DNA of 64,000 bases from the NCBI GenBank assembly GCA_963826525.1, contig CAWGXH010000004.1:128001-192000 (forward strand). The letters are read 5' to 3'. The notes under the pieces were generated by a model, which saw only the letters and a program-made list of their open reading frames with translations, was not told where the DNA came from and made no database searches. The translations under genes and the position numbers were made by a program. Every line of letters starts with the position of its first letter. The first letter of the stretch is position 1. Of the stretch, positions 11,736 to 20,997 are shown piece after piece. This DNA comes from an uncultured Methanomicrobiaceae archaeon. Its GTDB lineage: Archaea > Halobacteriota > Methanomicrobia > Methanomicrobiales > Methanoculleaceae.

Positions 11736-11828
11736 AGGTATCTTCCGCCATAGAACGTGCTGCAGGGAGGGTCTATCGCCAGGGATATATGCTTTGGGCG
11801 AACGCTACCCTGCACACCGTTCCGTATA

Positions 11829-13022
11829 TCACCAGACCGGCATCAGCCCGGGATGGTCTCCCGTAATGCACCGCCCACCCCCGGGCGTCACCAGGAACGT
11901 ATTCTCGATGCCAACCATCCCGACACCGCGGATCCCTTTCTTCGGCTCGAGCGCGATGACCATCCCCTTCGAAAGAGGCTCGTCAAAACCCCTCGCAATG
12001 ACGGGCGTCTCGTCGATGAGCAGGCCTATTCCATGACCGAGGAACTTCACCTGCCGACTCCCGAATCCCATAAAATCTTTGAGAAACTCCGGGCTCTGCC
12101 CCTCCATAATCGTAGCATATATCTGCGAGGGCGTGATCCCCGGGCGGAGGAGCGACGCCATCTCATTCTGGATCGCAACGCAGATCCCGTGCTGCTCGAT
12201 GGCTTCATCCGGAATTGGTCTTCCGAACATGTAAGTCATCGTTTTGTCGGTATGGTAGCCGTCGACCCCGCACCCGATATCGGCAAAGACCAGGTCGCCG
12301 GCCTTCAGTCTTCGCTCCCGGCTCCCGAGGAGCGGCACTGCGGGGCTCATCCCGTAGTTCCCGCCCGGCCCGTCGAAACAGGTCGGGTAGATCGAACTCT
12401 CGCCGAACCCGATCTGTCCGACGGCAATCTCCGTATCGAACATACCGAAGCGTACAATGCCGTGATGCCCCTCCTCGACGAGGACGGAGTACAGTTCGGT
12501 CACGAACTCAAGTTCGGTCATCCCCTCCCGCAGGATGGCAGGTGCACGCTCTTCCAGCACCCGCCGGTGAATCCGTCCTGCCTGCTCCATGAGCGAGAGT
12601 TCGTACGCGCTCTTCACCTCCCGGACCCGCGCAACCTCCCGGTCGACGGATCTGACCTCGGTGAAGGGGAAGTGTTTCTGGAACCTCCGGAGATGCGCAA
12701 CCGGCAGAAGCTCCGTCTCCAGATATACGGCATCCGGACAGCGCCCATAGATCGCCGCTGCATCCCGGTAGCTGCTCATCGGTCGTATATCCGGGAAGAG
12801 CGATTCGTCGAGCGCCCGCTCGTAACTCCGGCGTACCCAGAAGACAGCCTCGCTATTCCTCGGTATCAGCAGCATCCCGTCCTGCATCGTACCGGTGAAG
12901 TAGTAGAGGCTGATCTTCCCGAAGAGCGCGATCAACTCCCATCCGGGATCGGTCAAATCCATCCGAAGCCTGAAACGATTCATCCGTTCTGCAAGTTCAC
13001 GGAAGGGGACTCTTCGGTGCAT
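11829..13022 (-). CDS. Xaa-Pro aminopeptidase family (M24) peptidase
   Basis: DIGCGVDGYHTDKT, GHGIGL, ALEPK, GIENT metal-binding motifs. Confidence 0.9.
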   Translation of the reverse strand: MHRRVPFRELAERMNRFRLRMDLTDPGWELIALFGKISLYYFTGTMQDGMLLIPRNSEAVFWVRRSYERALDESLFPDIRPMSSYRDAAAIYGRCPDAVYLETELLPVAHLRRFQKHFPFTEVRSVDREVARVREVKSAYELSLMEQAGRIHRRVLEERAPAILREGMTELEFVTELYSVLVEEGHHGIVRFGMFDTEIAVGQIGFGESSIYPTCFDGPGGNYGMSPAVPLLGSRERRLKAGDLVFADIGCGVDGYHTDKTMTYMFGRPIPDEAIEQHGICVAIQNEMASLLRPGITPSQIYATIMEGQSPEFLKDFMGFGSRQVKFLGHGIGLLIDETPVIARGFDEPLSKGMVIALEPKKGIRGVGMVGIENTFLVTPGGGRCITGDHPGLMPVW

Positions 13023-13246
13023 AGCAGATGTTGTATGCCGTCGGTATTTACCGGTTGCGAGAGCCCGCTCTCAACCGAATGCACCGCAAAAGGGATCGGA
13101 GCGTGAAGAACTCACTGTATCGGGAGAGGAGAAGGCGGAAGCGGTTTCCTGATCAGGTAGCATACACGCATCCTGATCAGTCCGGCAGAGAGGTTCACCG
13201 AAAAGCAGATGACAGTGGGCGGCATCCACTGCACCGGATCGAAGTG

Positions 13247-13906
13247 ATGCCGATGCAACGAAGGTTTTCCGCCTCCGCAATCGTTATCCTCATGCTCCTC
13301 GTCGTTCCCACGGGCGCCGGGTGTATGCAGGGCGCAAATATCCCCGCAGAGGACCCACCGGTACCTCCAGGAACAGGACCGTATATAGACCACCACATTC
13401 ATCGGCACGGCGAGGCGCTGGAAGAAGGGTATCCGATAATTGCCATAGACTTTCCCACATATACCTTCGACAACGAGACCCGGACGCTTTCGGGGTTGCT
13501 GACGTTCGAGGTCGACCAATCGCTGATCGCTGTCTACGGTAGCGGCCTCTCCCTCTCGGGCGATGCAGGTATCGGTGCGGCAACGGGCCTCTCGGGAGTA
13601 TATAGTATCCCCTATGAGGCCGACGACAGCCTGGTCATCCGGAACGTAACACCAAACGGGACGGCCTGGATAGAGTACCAGAACACCACCATCACCCTTG
13701 CAGCGAACGAAACCTGGGAGAACATCTCCGTGCGGGTCGAGGAGGAACCCACGTATGACGGCATCGAGACCGGGCGGCAGGGCCATCTGAAGATAACCGA
13801 GACCGACACGATCACAAACTACGGTCTCCTTGAGAGAGAAGAGATCGAGAACACCACCAGCCTCGCGGCAGCACCGGAGACTGTCACCCCGAGGAAGCAT
13901 GTCTGA
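13247..13906 (+). CDS. Hypothetical secreted/lipoprotein
   Basis: Signal peptide RRFSASAIVILMLLVVPTGAGC ending in a lipobox-like AGC; acidic Thr-rich body with several N-x-T sequons. Confidence 0.7.
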   Translation: MPMQRRFSASAIVILMLLVVPTGAGCMQGANIPAEDPPVPPGTGPYIDHHIHRHGEALEEGYPIIAIDFPTYTFDNETRTLSGLLTFEVDQSLIAVYGSGLSLSGDAGIGAATGLSGVYSIPYEADDSLVIRNVTPNGTAWIEYQNTTITLAANETWENISVRVEEEPTYDGIETGRQGHLKITETDTITNYGLLEREEIENTTSLAAAPETVTPRKHV

Positions 13907-14330
13907 TCGGCCGCCACCCCACGATGAAGCCGTCCTCATGAAGTGGATGCGGCTTGAGATCGGCAAAATTAATGAAGGGCTCGTCGCAGAGAGGAAGACC
14001 CTCCGGAGGCTGCTTGAAGAAGAGACGCCGTCATCGACGACCAAGAGCGGCCAGAAATACATCTTCGATGCCGATGTCGTAAGAAGGCTTGGGGAGCAGC
14101 TGCCGCCTGACCTCCACCGCAGGCTCAAACTCCCGATCTTCTTCTACTTCGACATGAACGTCGGGGGCAGCTGTTTTCTCACCGAGGAGGCTGCAATGGA
14201 GGCACTCCAGCATCTCGGCGAGATCAGCCATCTCCGCAGAATGCGGGACGGAAGACTCTGGTTCGCAAAACCGATCGCGTACGACCTGACGAACCGCTAC
14301 CCGACGGTCATCCAGATAGTCATGCGGTGA
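13899..14330 (+). CDS. DUF61 (UPF0216) family protein
   Basis: EIGKINEGLVAERKTLRRLLEEE, LKLPIF, YPTVIQI pattern; overlaps the upstream stop. Confidence 0.75.
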   Translation: MSDRPPPHDEAVLMKWMRLEIGKINEGLVAERKTLRRLLEEETPSSTTKSGQKYIFDADVVRRLGEQLPPDLHRRLKLPIFFYFDMNVGGSCFLTEEAAMEALQHLGEISHLRRMRDGRLWFAKPIAYDLTNRYPTVIQIVMR

Positions 14331-14378
14331 GCCTTCCGATGGCGAGGACGACTACCGCTACGGAGAAAGGAGAACGCT

Positions 14379-14888
14379 ATGGTGCAGTCGAACAGCGGTA
14401 TGGCGCTTGTGGGCATCGTCATCCTCTTTAGCCTGGTGCTTGCACTGGTCGTCATCGGCGGGGCGGTCTTCGAGACGCCGAAACCCGGCAGCTCCGATAC
14501 GACCGGGATCGAGCAGTTTTCCGGCGGAAACGGTACCGTGCCGGCTGAGATCAGCCACCAGGTCCAGGAGTCCTTCTCCCTCTTCGTATCACCGCAGACG
14601 GCAACCACGAGCCCCGGCGGAACCGTTCGCTATATGATACGCATCCAGCCGATGGGCGGGTTTGACGAGCCAGTCCACCTCACGGTATCAGCGACTGCGC
14701 TCGGCGGCGCCGTCAGCCGTGCATCCGATCTCGGAACGGTCGAACCGCCGTACCGGACGACCACCTACGACTTTCCGATTCCAGACCTCCCCCCGCTCGT
14801 CTCAGAGGCCACCGTCGATGCACGGGTAACCGCAACCGGCGGCGGTATGACCAGAACCGAGCAGGTGCAGCTCGTCATCAGGTCGTGA
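14379..14888 (+). CDS. Hypothetical membrane-anchored protein with Ig-like extracellular domain
   Basis: N-terminal TM helix; SLFVSP..ATTSPGGTVRYMI..GGFDEPVHLTV beta-sandwich pattern; GGAG RBS. Confidence 0.7.
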   Translation: MVQSNSGMALVGIVILFSLVLALVVIGGAVFETPKPGSSDTTGIEQFSGGNGTVPAEISHQVQESFSLFVSPQTATTSPGGTVRYMIRIQPMGGFDEPVHLTVSATALGGAVSRASDLGTVEPPYRTTTYDFPIPDLPPLVSEATVDARVTATGGGMTRTEQVQLVIRS

Positions 14889-15225
14889 ACGTGCAAACCC
14901 GGTGACGGCGGCACCACAGAAGAACGGTAAATGCAGTTGACCCACCTCGTCTTCACCCCGTACCAGCCCGGCGCACGTTCCGGATACTTTCACCATCTCA
15001 CCATCGGCGAGAGGATAGACGCTTCATGTAAGTTCGGCTCCGGGAGCAGATGCTTCCCACGGAGCATCTCCGGTACGTCGGTAATGCTCATAAGATTCTC
15101 TCAGAAATCGCGGATAAAACGGAGATCTCTCAGGCAGCCGACCAGCGATCACTGCATCCATACACCCCTACTGCCAGGACAGGAGGTATAGAGATGCCCG
15201 CCAACCACAGAGGCAATCAATAGAA

Positions 15226-15247
15226 CCCCTTTGTTTCCACTGGAAAC
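15226..15247 (-). promoter_or_regulatory. ORB-like element (Orc1/Cdc6 origin recognition box)
   Basis: Minus strand reads GTTTCCAGTGGAAACAAAGGGG, matching the euryarchaeal ORB inverted repeat plus G-string; only one copy seen. Confidence 0.65.
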
Positions 15248-15325
15248 CATAGAGAACCCCAGAGCAGAGTCTCGGACAGGTGCCGAAGCCGGGCACCTAT
15301 TGTCCGTGCCCGTACCCCGACGCCA

Positions 15326-15742
15326 TCACGGCATTTCACCCTCGTGCACCGTAAACCACACAGGGTCACGGCAGTCCGGACGACCGCCGTAGTTAATGGT
15401 GATCTCCTCACCCTGCCGGATAGGGCGGCAGGCAATAATCCGGATGACGCCTTCCGTGTATACGAGGATGTGGTCGGCATTCGCCGTGTAGGAGTGATTA
15501 TATAAAGAGCCGTAGCCGAGTGCAATGGCAATCGCCTCTTCGTGCTCGCCCCAGGCAAAATAGTAGTCATAGAGCCCGGTCTTATCGATCTGCTCCTGTG
15601 CGGTTGCTCCGTCCAGCACGAGCACCGGACAGACTTCGATCACGTCACCGGGCCTGATATCCCGACCGGCAAAGACGCCCCGACCCCGCGAGTTCGTTTC
15701 AGCGATGTAGACGGCATCGGATGGAGAGATACTGCTGCTCAT
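15326..15742 (-). CDS. SET-domain protein-lysine methyltransferase
   Basis: RGRGVFAGRDI, GSLYNHSYTANA (NHS motif), GEEITINY. Confidence 0.9.
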   Translation of the reverse strand: MSSSISPSDAVYIAETNSRGRGVFAGRDIRPGDVIEVCPVLVLDGATAQEQIDKTGLYDYYFAWGEHEEAIAIALGYGSLYNHSYTANADHILVYTEGVIRIIACRPIRQGEEITINYGGRPDCRDPVWFTVHEGEMP

Positions 15743-15855
15743 GGTATTGAGAACCCGCATATCCCTCTGCAAAAGGAGATGCAGCATGGGAGTTCTGCAC
15801 CGGAGGTTATCAAGGTTTTCAGGACTGGCGCCCCCGGAGCATGGAGAAAAGAGTT

Positions 15856-16371
15856 TCAGTGCGGTTCCGGGATGAAGACCGGAACCCAGTACCCGGAACC
15901 GTCGGGGCTTGGCCGCGGAGCGAGGTATGCACTCAGGGTGCCCTCGACCTGGAGACAGGGTGTGGCGGACGCGGGGTCGGTCTCCCAGATCATATGCACC
16001 ACGCCCATTGTCGTTCCATTATTCTCTTTCAGCGGAGCGGCAACCGAGCAGAAGGTTTTGCCCCCGGAGACCATCCGGCCGGCACGCACCGCATCATGCT
16101 CGAGCGCCTCCCTGCAGAGCGTGCAGGTCTCCTCGATCATCGATGCAGGATACACCTCCGAGCATTGCTGCCCGGATGCCGATTCTCTCCCAACCTGCAG
16201 CAGCTCGGCACCTGCCTGGTTCAGGTAGGTGAGTCGAAGGTCCCTATCCATGGCAGTGATCGGAACAGGGAAGCATTCAAGTGCGCGCAGAACATGCCTG
16301 CCAAGCTGCTGCTGCAGCAATTCCTCTCCAATCGACTGTGATACGACAAAACTCCCGATGACCATCATCAT
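15856..16371 (-). CDS. PAS-domain protein with no output domain
   Basis: PVPITAMDRDLRLTYLNQAGAELL...ASGQQC...APLKENNGTTMGVV. Confidence 0.65.
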   Translation of the reverse strand: MMMVIGSFVVSQSIGEELLQQQLGRHVLRALECFPVPITAMDRDLRLTYLNQAGAELLQVGRESASGQQCSEVYPASMIEETCTLCREALEHDAVRAGRMVSGGKTFCSVAAPLKENNGTTMGVVHMIWETDPASATPCLQVEGTLSAYLAPRPSPDGSGYWVPVFIPEPH

Positions 16372-17679
16372 GCAACATCACCTCCCAACGGATAACGGAA
16401 GCTGGGCATCCGTGATATAATAACACTGTGGTCGAAAGTGCATCCTGGAAATCACCATTATTGCCGCCGATTTGGCATTAAACTACATATAACGGGGATA
16501 AAAGAGCCAAGGGCAGTCTGTGAGGCAGCAGACGAAAACCGGCTCGCCCCGGCTTACCGCGGACCCCCGCAAATACCCTTCGTGGATAAAAGAGAACGCT
16601 CACGGCGATTTTGTGCAGATCTTCAGGGAGAAGAGGGTGAACTATCCCCGATATTGCATACGGAAGGATATTCCATTACCAGAGGGCATGCCAGACATCA
16701 TATATCTCTTTAGGACAATAGCGCGTCGGGGAGTATCAGACCGGCAGGAGCGGCGAAGAACCGGCGATCCGGGCGACCCGGTACACTCAGGGCCGCAAAC
16801 GACCATGTAGATCTCAGGAAAAACCAGGAAAGGGTGCGGCTTTCTGCCGCACCACGCTCCCGTGCCCTCCAGCGCTTCGGCAGAGAAAACGGCCGAGTGC
16901 TGCCCGCGACTCCCCGGACGGAAGATGTGCTTCCATGCTTGACCGTCACGGTCACGCTGCCTCGATTATCCGGCGGATACTGCGCATCCGTGACACGGGC
17001 GGTATTCATGAGGTCCTCGCCGGACGTCTCCGTAACCTCGGTGCGGCAGATGGAGTTTCATCCCCCACCCGGATCAGCTCGACCGAGGTCGCCCCGACCG
17101 GCGGTGCAAGAGCCACCGCCAACCCAATCAGCGTATGACCGTCAGTCCAGGTAGGATTTCTCCCATCAAATGCCTCATGATGTCGTCAAACAGTCGTTGC
17201 AACCCCCATCCAGCAGGAAAGGAGCACCGTGAGGTGAACATGGGATCCGTCGGTGAAAAATGGGGTGACTGAATGTCCCTGCCGGCCTTGAAACCGGCGA
17301 ATAGTGGAGAGTGTTCACGAGAACCTACTGTCGATGCTGATCACAATGCAGAACTCATGCAGATCCCGCAGTGAGCCCGGCGGAGCCATGTACCATGGCC
17401 TCGCTCGTACACTTCCCCCCGGAATGTAGTTACCCTGTAACAGGCACTGCCCACGTAACGCTTTTTTATATATAAACATATCGCACCAGTGAAGGGCAGC
17501 CGGCGTACCATGGGGCGATTCCCGCAATCAACCAGAGCCAACTATAAAAATGAGCATATATAAACCGACTGGTATGCTTCAGCAGATCCCGGTGCCGGCC
17601 GTTCCCGGAGAGGAAGAGGCGGAGCACATAGTACCGTTCACCCCTCTGGCTGATCGAAAGAATGTTCAGGGAGGAGAGC

Positions 17680-18615
17680 ATGTATCTCCCGATCACGAGG
17701 GATAACCATCAGAGAGATCATTTCGGCACGGAACCTCGAGAAGCGATTCGGCGACCTGATCGCCGTCGACGGAATCGACTTCGACGTTCGGGAAGGCGAG
17801 ATATTCGGATTTCTGGGCCTAACGGTGCGGGAAAGACCACGACGATGAAGATGATCCAGTGCATCTCTCCAAAGACCGCAGGGAGCCTCCATGTCTTCGG
17901 CATGGACGTGGAGAGACAACCACGGGAGATCAAGAGGATACTCGGCGTCGTGCCGCAGGAGAACAACCTCGACCCCGACTTTACCGCCTATCAGAATCTG
18001 CTGATTTATGCACGCTACTTCGGTATCCCAAAGAAAACGGCCGAAGAGCGGGCAGATGAACTCCTCGACTTTATGCAGCTTGGCGAGAAGCGCGACGTCC
18101 TGATCGACAGACTCTCGGGAGGGATGAAACGCCGTCTGATCATCGCCCGGGCGCTGGTCAACGATCCGAAACTGCTCATCCTTGATGAGCCGACGATCGG
18201 GCTCGACCCGCAGGCACGCCACCTCATCTGGGAAAAGCTCAAGCAGCTCCAGGCAGAGGGGAATACCCAGGTGATGACCACGCACTACCTGGATGAGGCG
18301 GCGAGACTCTGCGATCGCCTCGTCATCATGGACCATGGGAAGATCCTGGTGGAAGGGAGCCCGACGGAGCTCGTCAGGGAGCATGCAGGCACCGATATCG
18401 TCGAGGCGGAGCGGACTCCCGAGGTCCTTTCGTGTCTGGAGGCGGTCGGTGTTGCATTCGACGCGACCGGCGATGTCGTCCAGGTGCTGACGGACCGGCC
18501 GCACGAGGTCGTCAGGGCGCTCATGGAGTCGTGCAGCCATGAAAAAGTTACGGCACGCCCGGCAACCCTTGAGGACGTCTTCCTGAAACTGACCGGGCGA
18601 ACACTCAGGGAGTAG
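17680..18615 (+). CDS. ABC transporter ATP-binding protein (NodI/ABC-2 type); 5' frameshift, start uncertain
   Basis: NLEKRFGDLIAVDGIDF (shifted frame), GPNGAGKTT, LSGGMKRR, LILDEPTIGLDP. Confidence 0.9.
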   Translation: MYLPITRDNHQRDHFGTEPREAIRRPDRRRRNRLRRSGRRDIRISGPNGAGKTTTMKMIQCISPKTAGSLHVFGMDVERQPREIKRILGVVPQENNLDPDFTAYQNLLIYARYFGIPKKTAEERADELLDFMQLGEKRDVLIDRLSGGMKRRLIIARALVNDPKLLILDEPTIGLDPQARHLIWEKLKQLQAEGNTQVMTTHYLDEAARLCDRLVIMDHGKILVEGSPTELVREHAGTDIVEAERTPEVLSCLEAVGVAFDATGDVVQVLTDRPHEVVRALMESCSHEKVTARPATLEDVFLKLTGRTLRE

Positions 18616-18621
18616 AGGGGT

Positions 18622-19404
18622 ATGGCATACTTCGGCCTTTCGCAGATAACGCGGGGAGCGTTCTCCGTATGGCGGAGAAACTGGGATGCGTTCATCAAGA
18701 CCTACCGGGTCAATTTCATCCCGCCGTTCGTCGAGCCCCTCCTCTACCTCCTCGCCCTCGGCTACGGCCTTGGAGCCTTCGTCGAGGCCATAGACGGCAT
18801 CCCGTATCCGCAGTTCATCGCACCGGCGCTGGTCTCCATCTCGGTGATGTACTCGGCCTTCTTCGAGTGCACCTACTCCTCCTTCGTCCGGATGTACTAC
18901 CAGAAGACCTTCGATGCAATCATCGCAACGCCAATCTCCATCGAGGACGTTATCACCGGCGAGATTCTCTGGGGTGCGACGAGGGGCACGATCTACGCAA
19001 CCCTGATGCTCCCGGTACTCATCGCTTTCGGGGTCGTCGATCTCCCCACATCGCTCCTGCTCATCCCCTTCGCGCTGCCCGCCGGGCTGCTCTTCGCGAG
19101 CATCGGGATGTGCTTCACCGCGATCACGCCGGGAATCGATGCGCTGAACTATCCGTCCTTCCTCTTCATCACCCCGATGTTCCTCTTCTCGGGAACATTC
19201 TTCCCGCTCAACATCCTGCCCGAAGCGCTCCAGTACTTCGCGTTCGGATTCCTGCCGCTCGCCAATGTGGTGAGCGTCAACAGGGCGATCACGCTCGCGG
19301 AGTTCTCCCCGCTCATCCTCTACAACCTGGTCTGGATCGCCGCGGTGACGGTACTCTTCTTCCTTATCGCCCTCCGCCTGATGCGAAGACGGCTGGTCAT
19401 ATGA
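18622..19404 (+). CDS. ABC-2 type permease (NodJ-like)
   Basis: About six TM segments, YPQFIAP, PMFLFSGTFFP; follows the ATPase. Confidence 0.9.
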   Translation: MAYFGLSQITRGAFSVWRRNWDAFIKTYRVNFIPPFVEPLLYLLALGYGLGAFVEAIDGIPYPQFIAPALVSISVMYSAFFECTYSSFVRMYYQKTFDAIIATPISIEDVITGEILWGATRGTIYATLMLPVLIAFGVVDLPTSLLLIPFALPAGLLFASIGMCFTAITPGIDALNYPSFLFITPMFLFSGTFFPLNILPEALQYFAFGFLPLANVVSVNRAITLAEFSPLILYNLVWIAAVTVLFFLIALRLMRRRLVI

Positions 19405-19469
19405 AGAGTATGGCGGCGGCGATAGCGATCGCTGCGGAGCCGATTAAAAAAGTAAACAGTGTACCGGAC

Positions 19470-19682
19470 TCAGTCACTCCGTTCTGCCGCGACGTAGGCG
19501 TCGTACATGCTGTAGAGCCAGACGAGGATGTAGAACGGGATACCGATGAGAATGGTCGACAGACCGCCGAAGATGACCGCAAGGGCAAAGAGCAGGATGG
19601 CTTTTAAGAGTTGTCCCGTGTAGAACTGACCGAGACCCGGGATAAAGAATGAGAGTATCACGGCGATGAGTGGTGATGCCAT
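19470..19682 (-). CDS. Small TM2-like membrane protein
   Basis: SPLIAVILSFFIPGLGQFYTGQ...WLYSMYDAY. Confidence 0.8.
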   Translation of the reverse strand: MASPLIAVILSFFIPGLGQFYTGQLLKAILLFALAVIFGGLSTILIGIPFYILVWLYSMYDAYVAAERSD

Positions 19683-19948
19683 AGATAGACGTGTACTCTG
19701 CACCGGTATGAACGCTTCTCTCCGGTGCCACGAGCCGGATGCCGTGGCGACCTTCCGGAAAAGGCAGCCCGCACACCCGTTCGACGTTGCGCATCGGTAT
19801 CGGAGATCCGCAGAGTCCCAAAGGTCGGGCTTTTGTTCAGGAACTTTCGAAGAAGCGTTTACCCGTACGATGACGACACTCCGGTGCGGGGAGCGATGAA
19901 CATCACCTTCCGCATACGGAAGGAAAACAACGATAGGATAAAAAAAAT

Positions 19949-20125
19949 TTAGAATCTGGGTTTTCTGTGCTTGGGGAGGCAGTCACGGCAGTAGACGGGA
20001 CGGCCCTCGGTGGGCTTGAAGGGAACTTCGCACTCGACGCCGCAGTCGGCGCAGGTTGTCTTGTGGAACTCACGGGGACGGTCGTCGTAGGAACGGGGAC
20101 CGCGGCTGGGATATCTGTTATCCAT
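19949..20125 (-). CDS. CxxC-x17-CxxC zinc-ribbon protein, copy 1 (58 aa)
   Basis: MDNRYPSRGPRSYDDRPREFHKTTCADCGVECEVPFKPTEGRPVYCRDCLPKHRKPRF; below the ORF-track length cutoff; followed by a T8 tract. Confidence 0.9.
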   Translation of the reverse strand: MDNRYPSRGPRSYDDRPREFHKTTCADCGVECEVPFKPTEGRPVYCRDCLPKHRKPRF

Positions 20126-20166
20126 TTTAAATCACTCTCGTATAGATTGAGTATTCAGGGGAGGTA

Positions 20167-20343
20167 TTAGAACCTCGGCTTTCTGTGCTTGGGGAGACAG
20201 TCACGGCAGTAGACGGGACGGCCCTCGGTGGGCTTGAAGGGAACTTCGCACTCGACGCCGCAGTCGGCGCAGGTTGTCTTGTGGAACTCACGGGGACGGT
20301 CGTCGTAGGAACGGGGACCGCGGCTGGGATATCTGTTATCCAT
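20167..20343 (-). CDS. CxxC-x17-CxxC zinc-ribbon protein, copy 2
   Basis: Same protein as copy 1; GAGTGA RBS-like sequence upstream. Confidence 0.9.
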   Translation of the reverse strand: MDNRYPSRGPRSYDDRPREFHKTTCADCGVECEVPFKPTEGRPVYCRDCLPKHRKPRF

Positions 20344-20384
20344 TTTAAATCACTCTCGTATAGATTGAGTATTCAGGGGAGGTA

Positions 20385-20561
20385 TTAGAACCTCGGCTTT
20401 CTGTGCTTGGGGAGACAGTCACGGCAGTAGACGGGACGGCCCTCGGTGGGCTTGAAGGGAACTTCGCACTCGACGCCGCAGTCGGCGCAGGTTGTCTTGT
20501 GGAACTCACGGGGACGGTCGTCGTAGGAACGGGGACCGCGGCTGGGATATCTGTTATCCAT
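20385..20561 (-). CDS. CxxC-x17-CxxC zinc-ribbon protein, copy 3
   Basis: Appears nucleotide-identical to copy 2. Confidence 0.9.
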   Translation of the reverse strand: MDNRYPSRGPRSYDDRPREFHKTTCADCGVECEVPFKPTEGRPVYCRDCLPKHRKPRF

Positions 20562-20602
20562 TTTAAATCACTCTCGTATAGATTGAGTATTCAGGGGAGG
20601 TA

Positions 20603-20779
20603 TTAGAACCTCGGCTTTCTGTGCTTGGGGAGACAGTCACGGCAGTAGACGGGACGGCCCTCGGTGGGCTTGAAGGGAACTTCGCACTCGACTCCGCAGT
20701 CGGAACAGGTTGTTTTGTGGAACTCGCGGGGACGGTCGTCGTAGGAACGAGGACCGCGGCTAGGATATCTGTTATCCAT
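20603..20779 (-). CDS. CxxC-x17-CxxC zinc-ribbon protein, copy 4
   Basis: KTTCSDCGVECE variant; other differences are synonymous. Confidence 0.9.
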   Translation of the reverse strand: MDNRYPSRGPRSYDDRPREFHKTTCSDCGVECEVPFKPTEGRPVYCRDCLPKHRKPRF

Positions 20780-20820
20780 TTTAAATCACTCACTTAGGAT
20801 GGTTTTACTCAAAAGAGGAC

Positions 20821-20997
20821 TTAGAACCTCGGCTTTCTGTACTTGGGGAGGCAATCCCGGCAGTAAACTGGACGGCCCTCGGTGGGCTTGAAGGGAACTT
20901 CGCACTCGGCGCCGCAGTCGGAACAGACTGTTTTATGGAACTCGCGGGGACGGTCGTCGTAGGAACGGGGACCCCGGCTCTGATATCTCTCATTCAT
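20821..20997 (-). CDS. CxxC-x17-CxxC zinc-ribbon protein, copy 5 (first transcribed)
   Basis: MNERYQSRGPRSYDDRPREFHKTVCSDCGAECEVPFKPTEGRPVYCRDCLPKYRKPRF. Confidence 0.9.
   Translation of the reverse strand: MNERYQSRGPRSYDDRPREFHKTVCSDCGAECEVPFKPTEGRPVYCRDCLPKYRKPRF

Larger units (their letters stand above)
19949..20997. repeat. Tandem repeat, 218-bp period, five gene copies; appears perfect from 19980 to 20692
   Basis: Stop codons at 19949, 20167, 20385, 20603 and 20821, each 218 bp apart. Confidence 0.95.

Noticed and set aside
11757-13106. Long antisense ORFs (e.g. 11757..13106, 40702..42036, 50405..51565, 52229..53497)
   Set aside because: They are shadows of well-supported genes on the opposite strand in high-GC DNA and show no protein motifs.
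19949-20997. 218-bp repeats as a CRISPR array, or as plus-strand 67-aa ORFs (19967, 20185, 20403)
   Set aside because: There are no unique spacers or cas genes. The units are whole minus-strand genes with synonymous variation, so the plus-strand ORFs are antisense shadows.
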